A stretch of 54,732 nt of DNA from assembly GCA_947166195.1 (NCBI GenBank), contig CAMVDF010000001.1, positions 1-54,732 of the forward strand, read 5' to 3'. Below the pieces are notes generated by a model. The model was not told the DNA's origin. It searched no databases and worked only from the letters and a program-made list of their open reading frames with translations. Every line of letters begins with the position of its first letter. Within the stretch, counting starts at the first letter, position 1. A program made the position numbers and the translations under genes. The stretch comes from an uncultured Lachnospiraceae bacterium. GTDB lineage: Bacteria > Bacillota > Clostridia > Lachnospirales > Lachnospiraceae. Below, in pieces: positions 39,653 to 49,608 of the stretch.

Positions 39653-40756
39653 CTACGCTTCCTTCATTATGGTCTCCATGATGTGGGAAGCGTATTTTGT
39701 AAATATGGACGGATCATTCCTGATATTCTCGCCCAGTTCAAAATACATGGTATTGTCCTTGTAATTCTCATAAAATACGGGAGTGACTATCTCATCCCAT
39801 TCCGGGAGAAAAACGCCCTTCTTTTTTGCATAACAGTTTGATGCAGTCGCCTGTATACGGCGATCTTTGTCCACATAGGTACCTACGGATTTGTGTATGG
39901 CACGGTCCTCATCCGGCAGAAAATAATAATCCTTATAATTGGGATAAAAGAACTTCAATGTACCGGTAAACATGGAAACGCGGAGTTTGCCCCGGTTTCC
40001 GCCGGCCATGAGGTAGCAGTCCGTGAATCCTGCAGAAACATTTTTGGGCAGTGTTACCGGAAAAGAAAACTCTATGATCAGTTCCGAACGAAGATATCCG
40101 TTATAATCCTTGTAATTATTCCTGACAGCTTTTTCAGCCTTTATCTCCCCGTTGAAAAGATCGCTGTAGGCCAGCATGGGAAGGATGCTCTTCATACCGC
40201 AGATATCATCATAATTGTGCTGGAGCAGGAGATTGAGGGCAAATTCCGACGGCCTTTCCGTATAGTCCAGGTAAACCTTTATGAGTTCACTTCCGCTTTT
40301 CTCATCATCCCTGTTGATATCAAGGAAGCCCTCGATGGTCTTTTGCTTCATGTCAGGTAGCGCAAACAACGCCTTATAGGGACGTAGTCTCCTGTATATA
40401 TCAACTCCGCTGTAATTATCCAGATCAAAAAGAAAATCATACCTGTTCAGTCTTTCCTGAAGAAAGGGTATATCAAATCTGTTTCCGTTGAAAGTGATGA
40501 GAGTATCAAAGGGAAGAGCAAAATTATAAAATGAATAGAGGATCGCTTCCTCTTCATCGGTATTATCGGCAAAAAACTGTACTGTTCGCCAGGTGCCGTT
40601 TTTGATATAAAGACAACCTATCAGATATATCTGTGAATTTGCCGGCGACAGGCCTGTGGTTTCTATATCAATAAAGAGCAGTTTTTCCGGATCCCCCAGT
40701 CTTTCGACCGGATATCTCATATTCTGATCCGATACCGTGTTTTTCAGAGTCTGCAT
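39653..40756 (-). CDS. RNase H-like (RNase_H_2/YprB-type DEDD exonuclease) domain protein
   Basis: FIDIETTGLS, TFNGNRFDIPFL, HNYDD; start after GGAGG. Confidence 0.85.
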   Translation of the reverse strand: MQTLKNTVSDQNMRYPVERLGDPEKLLFIDIETTGLSPANSQIYLIGCLYIKNGTWRTVQFFADNTDEEEAILYSFYNFALPFDTLITFNGNRFDIPFLQERLNRYDFLFDLDNYSGVDIYRRLRPYKALFALPDMKQKTIEGFLDINRDDEKSGSELIKVYLDYTERPSEFALNLLLQHNYDDICGMKSILPMLAYSDLFNGEIKAEKAVRNNYKDYNGYLRSELIIEFSFPVTLPKNVSAGFTDCYLMAGGNRGKLRVSMFTGTLKFFYPNYKDYYFLPDEDRAIHKSVGTYVDKDRRIQATASNCYAKKKGVFLPEWDEIVTPVFYENYKDNTMYFELGENIRNDPSIFTKYASHIMETIMKEA

Positions 40757-40836
40757 ATTTCCTCCGGACTGCATTTTTGACTAATAAATTCATATCAAGT
40801 ATAATCTTACCACACGTATCAGACGGGGTCAAAAGC

Positions 40837-41982
40837 ATGTCAATGTTCAATGATGATTCATATAATGACGGGGTAAATGCCGGGAAACGCATAGCTGTCG
40901 GGTGTATAGTCGCATCGCTTGCCATCCTCGGCATTCTTTTGCTGACCCTTTCATCAAACAAAAAAAACACAAGGCGGGATGTGAACAGCAATTCCACTCT
41001 TCCCACGGTTTCCGCGGAAGAAGTGCCGGAGGAAAAGCCTGAGTATACCGCAGGAAAAAACACCCGTACTTCAGATGAACTGAACTTCTGGAATATGTAT
41101 GATACCGACGAGGAAAAGGTTGCCATATCCGGAAACAAAAGCGACATCAGGAAGGAAAAGGAGGAGATCCTGAAAAAGATTTCCGAAGATGCTGCGGCAA
41201 AGGAAAAAGAAGAGAAGGAGAGCGAAAACAGGTTCAATATCAAAAATGAAGGAGAAGAGCCTGAATATGTGGCGATAAGCCGCAGTATCTCCCGCAATGA
41301 TCTTTCGGAAGATGGCTTCTCCACCGACGACAGGGGACGGCTGACCTACAGTATCAACGGAAAACCATCATCCCATACCGGGATAGATGTTTCAAAAAAC
41401 AACGGAGATATTGACTGGGCAAAGGTAAAAGCAGACGGGATAGAATTTGCCATGCTGAAACTCGGCTCCCGGGGGTATTCTACCGGGAATGTACTGATGG
41501 ATGAATCTTTTGAAAAAAACCTGGCGGGGTGTTCGGCCAACGGGATAGATGTAGGAGCGTATTTTTTCTCACAGGCAGTAACAAGAGAAGAGGCGATAGA
41601 AGAAGCAAATTACTGTGTGGCAGCTCTTGCCGGAAAAAAGATCAGGTACCCGGTGGTATTTGACAGCGAGGCTGTGGCAAATGATACATACCGGACCGAA
41701 TCCCTGAGTGCGTCTGCTCTCACTGACTGCGCCATAGCATTTTGCGAGACTGTGGCATCCTACGGCTACACACCCATGATCGGCGGGACAAAAGAGAGGC
41801 TCATCAAAAACATGAACCCCGTAATGCTTCAAAGATATGGTGTCTGGCTTTTTGATACAGATGAAAAAAGTGATTATCCCTATAGATATGCCATCAGACA
41901 GTACAACAATGAAGGCTCGGTAAACGGCATAGAATCAAAGGTTTCCCTTGATATCTGTTTCATTTCCTATTCGGAACGGTAG
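40837..41982 (+). CDS. Membrane-anchored GH25 lysozyme-like protein
   Basis: N-terminal TM; GIDVSKNNGDIDW, GAYFFSQA, YPVVFDSE (DxE), RQY...G.VNGI. Confidence 0.9.
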   Translation: MSMFNDDSYNDGVNAGKRIAVGCIVASLAILGILLLTLSSNKKNTRRDVNSNSTLPTVSAEEVPEEKPEYTAGKNTRTSDELNFWNMYDTDEEKVAISGNKSDIRKEKEEILKKISEDAAAKEKEEKESENRFNIKNEGEEPEYVAISRSISRNDLSEDGFSTDDRGRLTYSINGKPSSHTGIDVSKNNGDIDWAKVKADGIEFAMLKLGSRGYSTGNVLMDESFEKNLAGCSANGIDVGAYFFSQAVTREEAIEEANYCVAALAGKKIRYPVVFDSEAVANDTYRTESLSASALTDCAIAFCETVASYGYTPMIGGTKERLIKNMNPVMLQRYGVWLFDTDEKSDYPYRYAIRQYNNEGSVNGIESKVSLDICFISYSER

Positions 41983-42761
41983 TTTTCAAGATAGTCCAGG
42001 TATTTTTGAGGAAGTTTCACCACCGAATAGACCTCGGCATACTGCCTTGCATTCAGCTCCTCTATATAAATATAGCTGCTCCTGGGTTTGAGCGAATGCT
42101 TCTTTGCCTCATCCAAAGCCTTGTTGTATGCAACGCAGGCGAGGATCTCTGTGGGAAATCTTCCTATCTTCCAGTCGCCTTCAAGATGGATCCTGACATC
42201 ATATGCGGTGCTCAGGCCCTCCTTCACGGCCTTTACCATGGAGAACCTGTTTATCACGCGTATATTTGAGTATCTCAGATCGGTGTCATCCCCGTTTACA
42301 AAAACATAATCCTTTCCGGGAACGGCAAAACCGCCTATGCCGTACCTGGCCATGACATTTTCCTGAAGTCCGTAGGCTGTGACAAAAAGATGCCTGCCTC
42401 TTTTCATGATGGCATGCTCTGAATAATAAAAGAGATCCTCCATGTCAAATTTCAGTTCGATATCCGGTGAAAGATAGTAGGAGAAATAGGTTCTTCTCAT
42501 TATGATGGGATTTTTGATATAGATACCGTTATCACGGAAATTGATCAGCGTAATATATTTCCTGAAGGGTATCCCGGCATAATTCTGGTATTCCTCGATA
42601 ACGCAGTCGCCCTTGACCACCTTTGCTGCCGTTTGATACATGCGGACAGCCTCTTTCTCGGATTCGCTGCTTCCAAGGCTGATATGCTTGCCTCTGTATG
42701 TTATGGAAGCACGGTAATAAACCGTTCCATCTTTTTTTGTTGTTTTGAATACACCTGTCAT
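41967..42761 (-). CDS. Hypothetical protein with two AP2-like segments and a degenerate HNH-like motif
   Basis: GV...YYRASITYRGKHISLGS...EAVRMYQTAA; FVNGDDTDLRYSNIR; YDVRIHLEGDWKIGRFPTEILACVAYNKA; start 42761 or 42779. Confidence 0.7.
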   Translation of the reverse strand: MTGVFKTTKKDGTVYYRASITYRGKHISLGSSESEKEAVRMYQTAAKVVKGDCVIEEYQNYAGIPFRKYITLINFRDNGIYIKNPIIMRRTYFSYYLSPDIELKFDMEDLFYYSEHAIMKRGRHLFVTAYGLQENVMARYGIGGFAVPGKDYVFVNGDDTDLRYSNIRVINRFSMVKAVKEGLSTAYDVRIHLEGDWKIGRFPTEILACVAYNKALDEAKKHSLKPRSSYIYIEELNARQYAEVYSVVKLPQKYLDYLENYRSE

Positions 42762-42844
42762 GATAAGATATGATACCATAAATCGGAAATTTATGATAGA
42801 ATACTACATTGTCATATTGGTAAAGGTTTAGTATTGTGGTTTTT

Positions 42845-42878
42845 GCTCCCGCAGGTATGGGAGGTGACCTGCGGGAGC
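42845..42878. repeat. Perfect 12-bp GC-rich hairpin upstream of thrC
   Basis: GCTCCCGCAGGT-ATGGGAGGTG-ACCTGCGGGAGC; no U-tract on the + strand. Confidence 0.8.
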
Positions 42879-42913
42879 CGGTTCAAATACATAGATATTA
42901 TTTGGAGGTTAAT

Positions 42914-44389
42914 ATGTTATATAACAGTACCAGAAATAAGAATCTGAAATTGCCTGCTTCCCTTGCGATCCTCAAGGGCTTAAGCGATGACGGAGGTCTT
43001 TTTGTCCCCCAGGAAATACCTGTATTTGACAGGACCCTTGATGAATTAAAGGAGCTTGACTACAGGGAGCTGGCCTATGAGATCATGAAGCTCTATTTTG
43101 ACGATTTCACCGAAGAAGAGCTTAAAGGGTGTATAGCGTCGGCCTATGATGAAAAATTTGATACACCCGAGATAGCACCCATGGTATATGCCGGAAAGGT
43201 ATATTATCTTGAGCTCTTTCACGGAAAGACCATCGCCTTCAAGGATATGGCACTTTCCATACTGCCTCATCTTTTGACGGTTTCTGCAAAGAAAAATGAT
43301 GTCAAAGAGGAGATAGTCATACTGACTGCCACCTCAGGCGATACCGGAAAAGCAGCTCTGGCTGGATTTGCCGATGTTCCCGGGACCAGGATCATGGTAT
43401 TTTATCCAAAGGACGGAGTCAGCCCCATCCAAAAACTCCAGATGGTCACCCAGACAGGCGCCAATACAAGCGTTGTCGGAGTCAACGGAAATTTTGACGA
43501 CTGTCAGAGCGGTGTAAAGGCGATCTTTAATGATAATGCGTTCAAAGAGGAGATAAGGCAGAAGGGCTTTTGTTTTTCCTCTGCAAATTCCATCAATATA
43601 GGACGCCTTGTTCCCCAGATCGTTTATTATGTATATGCTTACTGCCGCCTTTTGAAGGATGGCCGGATAAATACAAATGACAGGATAAATATCTGCGTAC
43701 CAACGGGAAATTTCGGAAATATACTTGCTGCATACTATGCAAAAAGGATGGGCCTTCCCGTAAACAAGCTTATCTGTGCCTCAAATGACAACAAAGTACT
43801 CTTTGATTTTCTGAAGGACGGTGTATACGACAAAAACAGACCTTTCATTCTGACCTGCTCGCCTTCCATGGATATACTGATATCCAGCAATCTGGAAAGA
43901 CTCATATATCACCTGGCCGGTGATGATGATGAAAAGTGTGCTCTTCTCATGAAGGATCTTTCAGAAAAGGGAAGGTATGAGATCGATGATGAAATGAAGC
44001 AAAAGCTTTCGGGATTTCTGGAAGGCTATGCAACTCAGGAGGAAACCCTTGCCGAGATCAAAAGGCTGTACGATGAAACAGGGTATGTCATTGATACCCA
44101 TACAGCCGTGGCATCCCGTGTCTACAACTCCCTTAAGGATACGCTGACCGGAGAGGAGACGATCATAGCTTCAACTGCAAGTCCTTACAAATTTGCCTCA
44201 AGTGTCATGAAGGCTCTTTCAAATGATTCTGCGGGAAAGGATGACATGACCCTGATAGATGAACTTTCATCCATCAGCAACACGGAAATCCCGCAGGCTG
44301 TGATAGAAATAAAAAATGCGCCCGTAAGGCACACTACAGTGATAGAAAAAGAGGATATGAAAAAAACAGTGACCGGATTCCTTTCCTGA
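42914..44389 (+). CDS. thrC: Threonine synthase
   Basis: YNSTR, DGGLFVP, ELFHGKTIAFKD (PLP Lys), ATSGDTG, SANSINIGRL, VPTGNFGN; start after GGAGG. Confidence 0.95.
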   Translation: MLYNSTRNKNLKLPASLAILKGLSDDGGLFVPQEIPVFDRTLDELKELDYRELAYEIMKLYFDDFTEEELKGCIASAYDEKFDTPEIAPMVYAGKVYYLELFHGKTIAFKDMALSILPHLLTVSAKKNDVKEEIVILTATSGDTGKAALAGFADVPGTRIMVFYPKDGVSPIQKLQMVTQTGANTSVVGVNGNFDDCQSGVKAIFNDNAFKEEIRQKGFCFSSANSINIGRLVPQIVYYVYAYCRLLKDGRINTNDRINICVPTGNFGNILAAYYAKRMGLPVNKLICASNDNKVLFDFLKDGVYDKNRPFILTCSPSMDILISSNLERLIYHLAGDDDEKCALLMKDLSEKGRYEIDDEMKQKLSGFLEGYATQEETLAEIKRLYDETGYVIDTHTAVASRVYNSLKDTLTGEETIIASTASPYKFASSVMKALSNDSAGKDDMTLIDELSSISNTEIPQAVIEIKNAPVRHTTVIEKEDMKKTVTGFLS

Positions 44390-44394
44390 GGAAT

Positions 44395-44772
44395 TCAGTC
44401 ACTGCTCAGCAGATGTTCGATGATGACGGTTACCTGCTCAAGTGTCGCAGGTTTCTGGAGGAAATCCTTTGCTCCGCATTTGATGGCTTCCCTGATATGC
44501 ATCTGAGTCCCGACAGAGGAGACCATTATGGCATACACATCCCTGTCAAACTCCTTGATCTCACGAAGAGCAGTGATACCGTCCTTAACGGGCATTACAA
44601 CATCAAGAAAGATGACATGAGGTCTTTCGGCCTTGTAGGTATCCACTGCAGACTGGCCGTCAGTAACGGTGAGGACATTTTTCACACCGCATTGAGCAAG
44701 CTTGTCAGTCAGATTTTTTCTGGCAAGGAGCGAATCATCACAGATTAGAACTTTTATATCCGATCTATCCAA
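44395..44772 (-). CDS. Single-domain response regulator (CheY-like)
   Basis: LICDD, FLDVVMPVKDG, MVSS, FLQKP; TTG start after GAGGTGA. Confidence 0.9.
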   Translation of the reverse strand: MDRSDIKVLICDDSLLARKNLTDKLAQCGVKNVLTVTDGQSAVDTYKAERPHVIFLDVVMPVKDGITALREIKEFDRDVYAIMVSSVGTQMHIREAIKCGAKDFLQKPATLEQVTVIIEHLLSSD

Positions 44773-44903
44773 AACGGATCACCTCACAGTTTTACTTGAG
44801 TGTGTTGAAACACTACACAAAACAATATACAATATATTTATGATTTTTGCAATGCCAAAAGGCTGAATTGTTTTTTTACAGGTACAATATGAAAGGAAGA
44901 AAA

Positions 44904-45278
44904 ATGAACGAAACCGGAATGTTTCAAAAGGCGGACAATTTTCTGGATTATGTGATAGTGGGAGCGGGCCTTTATCTCATCTACGGTGCGCTTTCAATGA
45001 AGATCGCATCAAGGATCCCCAAATCCCTTGTCAGCCGTAACATAGATATCGATAATGCTCCCCATAAGGATGATTATATAAGCAATATGTTTCTTCCAAG
45101 CATCGTTCTGGGACTGATCCTTGTGCTTTGCGGACTGACGACCTGGGTGCTTCCTGTTGCGGGCATCACTGTTCCGGAAAAGACCCCCATGATAACATCT
45201 CTTGTTGCCATGTCCCTTGTCATTCTTTTCGGGATCTTCTCCATGAACATGCAGAAAAAATACCTTCAAAAGGACTGA
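44904..45278 (+). CDS. Small membrane protein (3 TM), unknown function
   Basis: Three hydrophobic segments; AAAGGA upstream. Confidence 0.7.
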   Translation: MNETGMFQKADNFLDYVIVGAGLYLIYGALSMKIASRIPKSLVSRNIDIDNAPHKDDYISNMFLPSIVLGLILVLCGLTTWVLPVAGITVPEKTPMITSLVAMSLVILFGIFSMNMQKKYLQKD

Positions 45279-45281
45279 TCA

Positions 45282-45689
45282 TCAAAGACTTTTCGGGCCG
45301 AAGGAAAAAGGAAGGAGAGTATTAAAGGTCATGACCTTCATTTCACCTTCAGGTTCACCTGTTATCACACGAAAGCTTTCCGCATCCACAAATTCACACA
45401 AAACCTGTCTGCACACTCCGCAGGGATAGACTGTTTCGGGTTTTGACCCGTTCCTGCCTCCGACTATGGCAATGGCTTCAAATTCCCGTTCCCCTTCGCT
45501 GACAGCCTTGAATACGGCCGTTCTTTCCGCGCAGTTTCCGGGGGTGAAAGCGGCATTTTCCACATTGCACCCTGTATATACCTTTCCGCTCTTTGAAAGC
45601 AGTGCCGCGCCGACGGCAAAATCAGAATAGGGCGAATACGAAAACTCCCTTGCCCTTGAAGCCTCTTTCAAAAGTACCCTGTCATCCAT
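45282..45689 (-). CDS. cdd: Cytidine deaminase
   Basis: SYSPYS, GCNVEN, CAERTA, PCGVCRQ; start after GGAGGTG. Confidence 0.95.
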   Translation of the reverse strand: MDDRVLLKEASRAREFSYSPYSDFAVGAALLSKSGKVYTGCNVENAAFTPGNCAERTAVFKAVSEGEREFEAIAIVGGRNGSKPETVYPCGVCRQVLCEFVDAESFRVITGEPEGEMKVMTFNTLLPFSFGPKSL

Positions 45690-45845
45690 ATTTATCACCT
45701 CCATATAATAGGATGATATCATTTTTTTCTTCTTATAACTACGATATCTAACAGTTTGCGAAAAGTCCGTCTATAGTGTATACTATCTTGTTGATTTGCG
45801 TTTTGGACTTTTTGCGCTGTCATCACTTTTTGCCAGGAGGAACTT

Positions 45846-47225
45846 ATGACAAAAAATGAGATGGATTATTCCGAGATAACTCCGGAAATTGAGATACTTG
45901 CCGACAAGGCAAAAAACTCCATGATCATAGACTCGGAGATGTACAGACAGTTTGATGTGAAGAGGGGTCTGCGTGACCTTGACGGCAAGGGTGTTCTTGC
46001 CGGTCTGACCCACATTTCAGATATCCAGGCGGTAAAGATCGTAAACGGTGAAAGGGTCCCTGCAGACGGAAATCTCTACTACAGAGGCTACAATATCAAA
46101 GATCTGGTCAGGGGCTTTGAAAAGGAAAACCGTTTCGGCTTTGAGGAGATCACCTATCTGCTGATCTTCGGGAAACTGCCAAACCGTGCCGAACTTGAAG
46201 ACTTTTGCGCGATGCTCGGCTCCTACAGATCGCTGCCCAAAAATTTTGTGCGTGATGTGATCATGAAGGCTCCCAGCAATGATATGATGAATACCCTGGC
46301 CAGAAGCGTACTGACGCTTTATTCATATGACAGCAATGCGGATGATATATCCATACCAAATGTACTAAGGCAGGGACTCCAGCTGATATCGGTATTCCCG
46401 ATGCTTGCGGTTTATGCATACCAGGCCTATTCACATTACCAGAACGGAAACAGCCTTTTCATCCATCCTCCTGTAGCCGAGCTGTCCTGTGCCGAAAATC
46501 TGCTTCATATTCTTCGGCCCACAAGTGAATACACACCTCTTGAAGCAAAGATACTTGATATAGCACTGGTGCTTCATGCCGACCACGGCGGTGGAAACAA
46601 TTCCACGTTTACCACACATGTCATAACCTCCACAGGAACGGATACCTATTCAACGGTGGCGGCATCTCTGGCCTCCCTCAAGGGACCCAGACACGGCGGT
46701 GCGAATATCAAGGTCATCAAGATGTTTGATGATATGAAAAAATCCATTTCCGACTGGAAGGATGAGGAAGCGGTATCAAGATACCTGAATGATATAATTG
46801 ACAAAAAGATATTTGACAAACAGGGGCTGATCTACGGTATGGGTCATGCGGTCTATTCACATTCAGATCCACGAGAGGTGATCTTTAAGAGTTTTGTCGA
46901 AAAGCTTGCAGAGGAAAAGGGCAGACTTGACGAATTCAATCTCTATGCGCTGGTAGAAAAGCTCGGACCCGGGATCATCGAGAAAAAAAGGCCCATATAC
47001 AAGGGAGTATGCTGCAATGTGGACTTTTATTCAGGCTTTGTATACAGCATGCTTAATCTCCCGGTCGAACTGTATACGCCGCTCTTTGCCTGTGCGAGGA
47101 TATCCGGATGGACCGCACACCGTATTGAGGAGCTCTCGAACAACGGCAAGATCATCCGTCCCGCCTTCAAGAGCGCCCAGCCTCAAAGAGATTACATCCC
47201 GATGGATCAAAGGGAAAACAAATGA
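45846..47225 (+). CDS. gltA: Citrate synthase
   Basis: LHADHGGGNNSTF, GPRHGGAN, YGMGHAVY..DPR, NVDFYSG. Confidence 0.92.
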   Translation: MTKNEMDYSEITPEIEILADKAKNSMIIDSEMYRQFDVKRGLRDLDGKGVLAGLTHISDIQAVKIVNGERVPADGNLYYRGYNIKDLVRGFEKENRFGFEEITYLLIFGKLPNRAELEDFCAMLGSYRSLPKNFVRDVIMKAPSNDMMNTLARSVLTLYSYDSNADDISIPNVLRQGLQLISVFPMLAVYAYQAYSHYQNGNSLFIHPPVAELSCAENLLHILRPTSEYTPLEAKILDIALVLHADHGGGNNSTFTTHVITSTGTDTYSTVAASLASLKGPRHGGANIKVIKMFDDMKKSISDWKDEEAVSRYLNDIIDKKIFDKQGLIYGMGHAVYSHSDPREVIFKSFVEKLAEEKGRLDEFNLYALVEKLGPGIIEKKRPIYKGVCCNVDFYSGFVYSMLNLPVELYTPLFACARISGWTAHRIEELSNNGKIIRPAFKSAQPQRDYIPMDQRENK

Positions 47226-48112
47226 GTTCTCTTCCGTATATCAGAAAAATAAGCGCGGCCTGCTTTGCGGTCCTTGTATTTATTATTTTTTCAAGTTTTT
47301 CCGTTCTGGCCTCCATCGGAGATGCTGAAGCCGGGGAAGAAGACCGGACCATCATCCTTGTTGATGAGGACGGCAACGAGTTCGAGGTTGAAAAGGCTGA
47401 TAATACAAACATCAGAGGTATCCTTGAAGGTTCGAGGAGTGCCGCAAGAAAACTTGATGAAGAAAACGGGCAGTTTGATTCAGGCAGCAGGGTACTTGTA
47501 TATGAAGAAGGACAGGGGTTGAAGGAAGCCGGGTTTGAAGAAGACTGGTCTTTGATCCTTATAAACAAAAAGAATCTGATCCCTTCAGACTACCGTTTTG
47601 AACTTGCCACCATAAAGGGAAATATCAAATCCGATGTCAGGGTCGTGGAGCATGTGAACAGTCTTCTTCAGGCTGCAGAGGATGACGGAGTGGATATCTT
47701 CATATGTTCTCCCTACAGGGATGAGGAAAAGCAGCAAAAGCTTTTTGAAAAAAAGGTCGCACAATACGAAAGAGAAGGCTATGATCATGCAAGGGCATTT
47801 GACCTCGCATCGGAAACCGTTGCCATACCCGGAACGAGTGAACATCAGGTTGGCCTGGCCTTTGATTTCGTTACACCAAAATATCAGAGGCTTGATGAAG
47901 GGTTTGCAGATACAGAAGCCGGAAAATGGCTTGCAAAGAATGCTTCAGACTACGGATTCATCCTCAGATACCCGGCCGACAAGGTTAATGTGACTGATAT
48001 TGAGTTTGAGCCCTGGCATTACAGATATGTGGGAATAAAGGCTGCAAAGGAGATGAAAAGACTGAATCTCTGTCTTGAAGAATATGACGAGATGATCGGA
48101 GTGGTACAATGA
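47222..48112 (+). CDS. M15B (VanY-like) D-Ala-D-Ala carboxypeptidase
   Basis: Signal/TM; SPYR, SEHQVGLAFD, EPWHYRYVG. Confidence 0.9.
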   Translation: MSSLPYIRKISAACFAVLVFIIFSSFSVLASIGDAEAGEEDRTIILVDEDGNEFEVEKADNTNIRGILEGSRSAARKLDEENGQFDSGSRVLVYEEGQGLKEAGFEEDWSLILINKKNLIPSDYRFELATIKGNIKSDVRVVEHVNSLLQAAEDDGVDIFICSPYRDEEKQQKLFEKKVAQYEREGYDHARAFDLASETVAIPGTSEHQVGLAFDFVTPKYQRLDEGFADTEAGKWLAKNASDYGFILRYPADKVNVTDIEFEPWHYRYVGIKAAKEMKRLNLCLEEYDEMIGVVQ

Positions 48113-49260
48113 GCTCTGACAGGTTTTTTGTAAAGATCCGGGAGGATCGCGCAAAGCTGGGGGAATTTGTGACTTTGCACGGCACCATAAAGACTCCCGT
48201 ATTCATGAATGTCGCTACGACCGGCGCGATAAAGGGCGCTGTGTCCTTTGATGATCTGGAGGAAATAGATACGCAGGTGGTTCTGGCAAATACCTACCAT
48301 CTGCATGTGCGTACCGGGGACACTCTCATAAAGGAGATGGGAGGCATCAGGAAATTCACTTCCTGGGAGGGTCCGGTGCTTACAGATTCCGGAGGGTTTC
48401 AGGTGTTTTCTCTCAAACCTCTCCGAAAGATCAATGATGACGGCGTCCATTTCAGGTCCCATATTGACGGACACAGGATATTCATGGGGCCGGAGGAGAG
48501 CATACAGATCCAGTCAAATCTGGGCTCCACCATAGCAATGGCATTTGATGAATGCCCCAGCTCAAAGGCCTCAAAGGAGTATGTGACAGAATCCGTCAGA
48601 CGCACCGAAAGGTGGCTCCTTCGCTGTATAGATGAGATGAAACGGCTGAACAGCCTTCCGGACACCGTAAACAAAGAACAGCTTCTCTTTGGCATAAACC
48701 AGGGAGCGGTGTATGATGATATACGTACGGAAAATGCAAAATTCATGTCAGACCTTGAGCTTGACGGCTCTGCCATAGGCGGACTTGCAGTCGGAGAGTC
48801 TCATGAAGAAATGTACCATGTGCTGGATGTGACTGTTCCCCATCTGAGGGCAGACAGACCGGTATACCTCATGGGAGTCGGCACACCCGACAATATAGTC
48901 GAGGCGGTATACCGCGGAGTGGATTTTTTTGACTGTGTGTACCCGTCCAGAAACGCCAGACATGGACAACTGTACACCCACAGCGGGAAACTGAACCTGA
49001 AAAATGCAGCCTATGCAAAGGATGACAGGCCGATAGAAGAGGGCTGCGGATGTCCTGCCTGCAAAAGATACAGCAGAGCATATATCAGGCATCTGCTCAA
49101 GGCAAACGAAATGCTGGGCCTCAGGCTTTGCGTAACACACAACCTGTATTTTTACAATCATCTGATGGAAGAGATCAGAAATGCTCTTCAAAACGGAGAT
49201 TTCGGGGGATTCCGAAAAAGATTCCTTGATCAATATTTAACTAACGGAGGTGTCATATGA
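48109..49260 (+). CDS. tgt: tRNA-guanine(34) transglycosylase
   Basis: ANTYHL, TDSGGFQVFSL, FDECP, YLMGVG, CGCPAC zinc site. Confidence 0.95.
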   Translation: MSSDRFFVKIREDRAKLGEFVTLHGTIKTPVFMNVATTGAIKGAVSFDDLEEIDTQVVLANTYHLHVRTGDTLIKEMGGIRKFTSWEGPVLTDSGGFQVFSLKPLRKINDDGVHFRSHIDGHRIFMGPEESIQIQSNLGSTIAMAFDECPSSKASKEYVTESVRRTERWLLRCIDEMKRLNSLPDTVNKEQLLFGINQGAVYDDIRTENAKFMSDLELDGSAIGGLAVGESHEEMYHVLDVTVPHLRADRPVYLMGVGTPDNIVEAVYRGVDFFDCVYPSRNARHGQLYTHSGKLNLKNAAYAKDDRPIEEGCGCPACKRYSRAYIRHLLKANEMLGLRLCVTHNLYFYNHLMEEIRNALQNGDFGGFRKRFLDQYLTNGGVI

Positions 49261-49607
49261 ATAACGTATTATTAAATGCTGCTGCACAGGGCGGGTCATC
49301 AACCCAGGGTATCCTGATGATGGTGCTTTATGTGGTCGCCATCGGAGCTTTCCTGTATCTTGTGATGATCAGGCCCCAGAAAAAAGAGCAGAACAGGATG
49401 AAAGAACTCCTTTCGGGTCTGGAAGTCGGAGATTCCGTGCTTACTACCAGCGGTTTTTACGGTGTGATCATAGATATTTCCGATGATACCGTTATCGTAG
49501 AATTCGGAAATAATAAAAACTGCAGGATCCCCATGAAAAAGGAAGCCATCACCCAGATAGAAAAGGCTGAATCCGCTGCATCATCTGATGAAAAGAAGGA
49601 CAAGTGA
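49257..49607 (+). CDS. yajC: Preprotein translocase subunit YajC
   Basis: TM followed by MIRPQKK, GDSVLTTSGFYG; follows tgt. Confidence 0.93.
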   Translation: MNNVLLNAAAQGGSSTQGILMMVLYVVAIGAFLYLVMIRPQKKEQNRMKELLSGLEVGDSVLTTSGFYGVIIDISDDTVIVEFGNNKNCRIPMKKEAITQIEKAESAASSDEKKDK

Positions 49608-49608
49608 T

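Noticed and set aside
47222-48112. VanY-like gene as glycopeptide resistance
   Set aside because: No vanHAX or vanRS nearby; housekeeping M15B peptidase context
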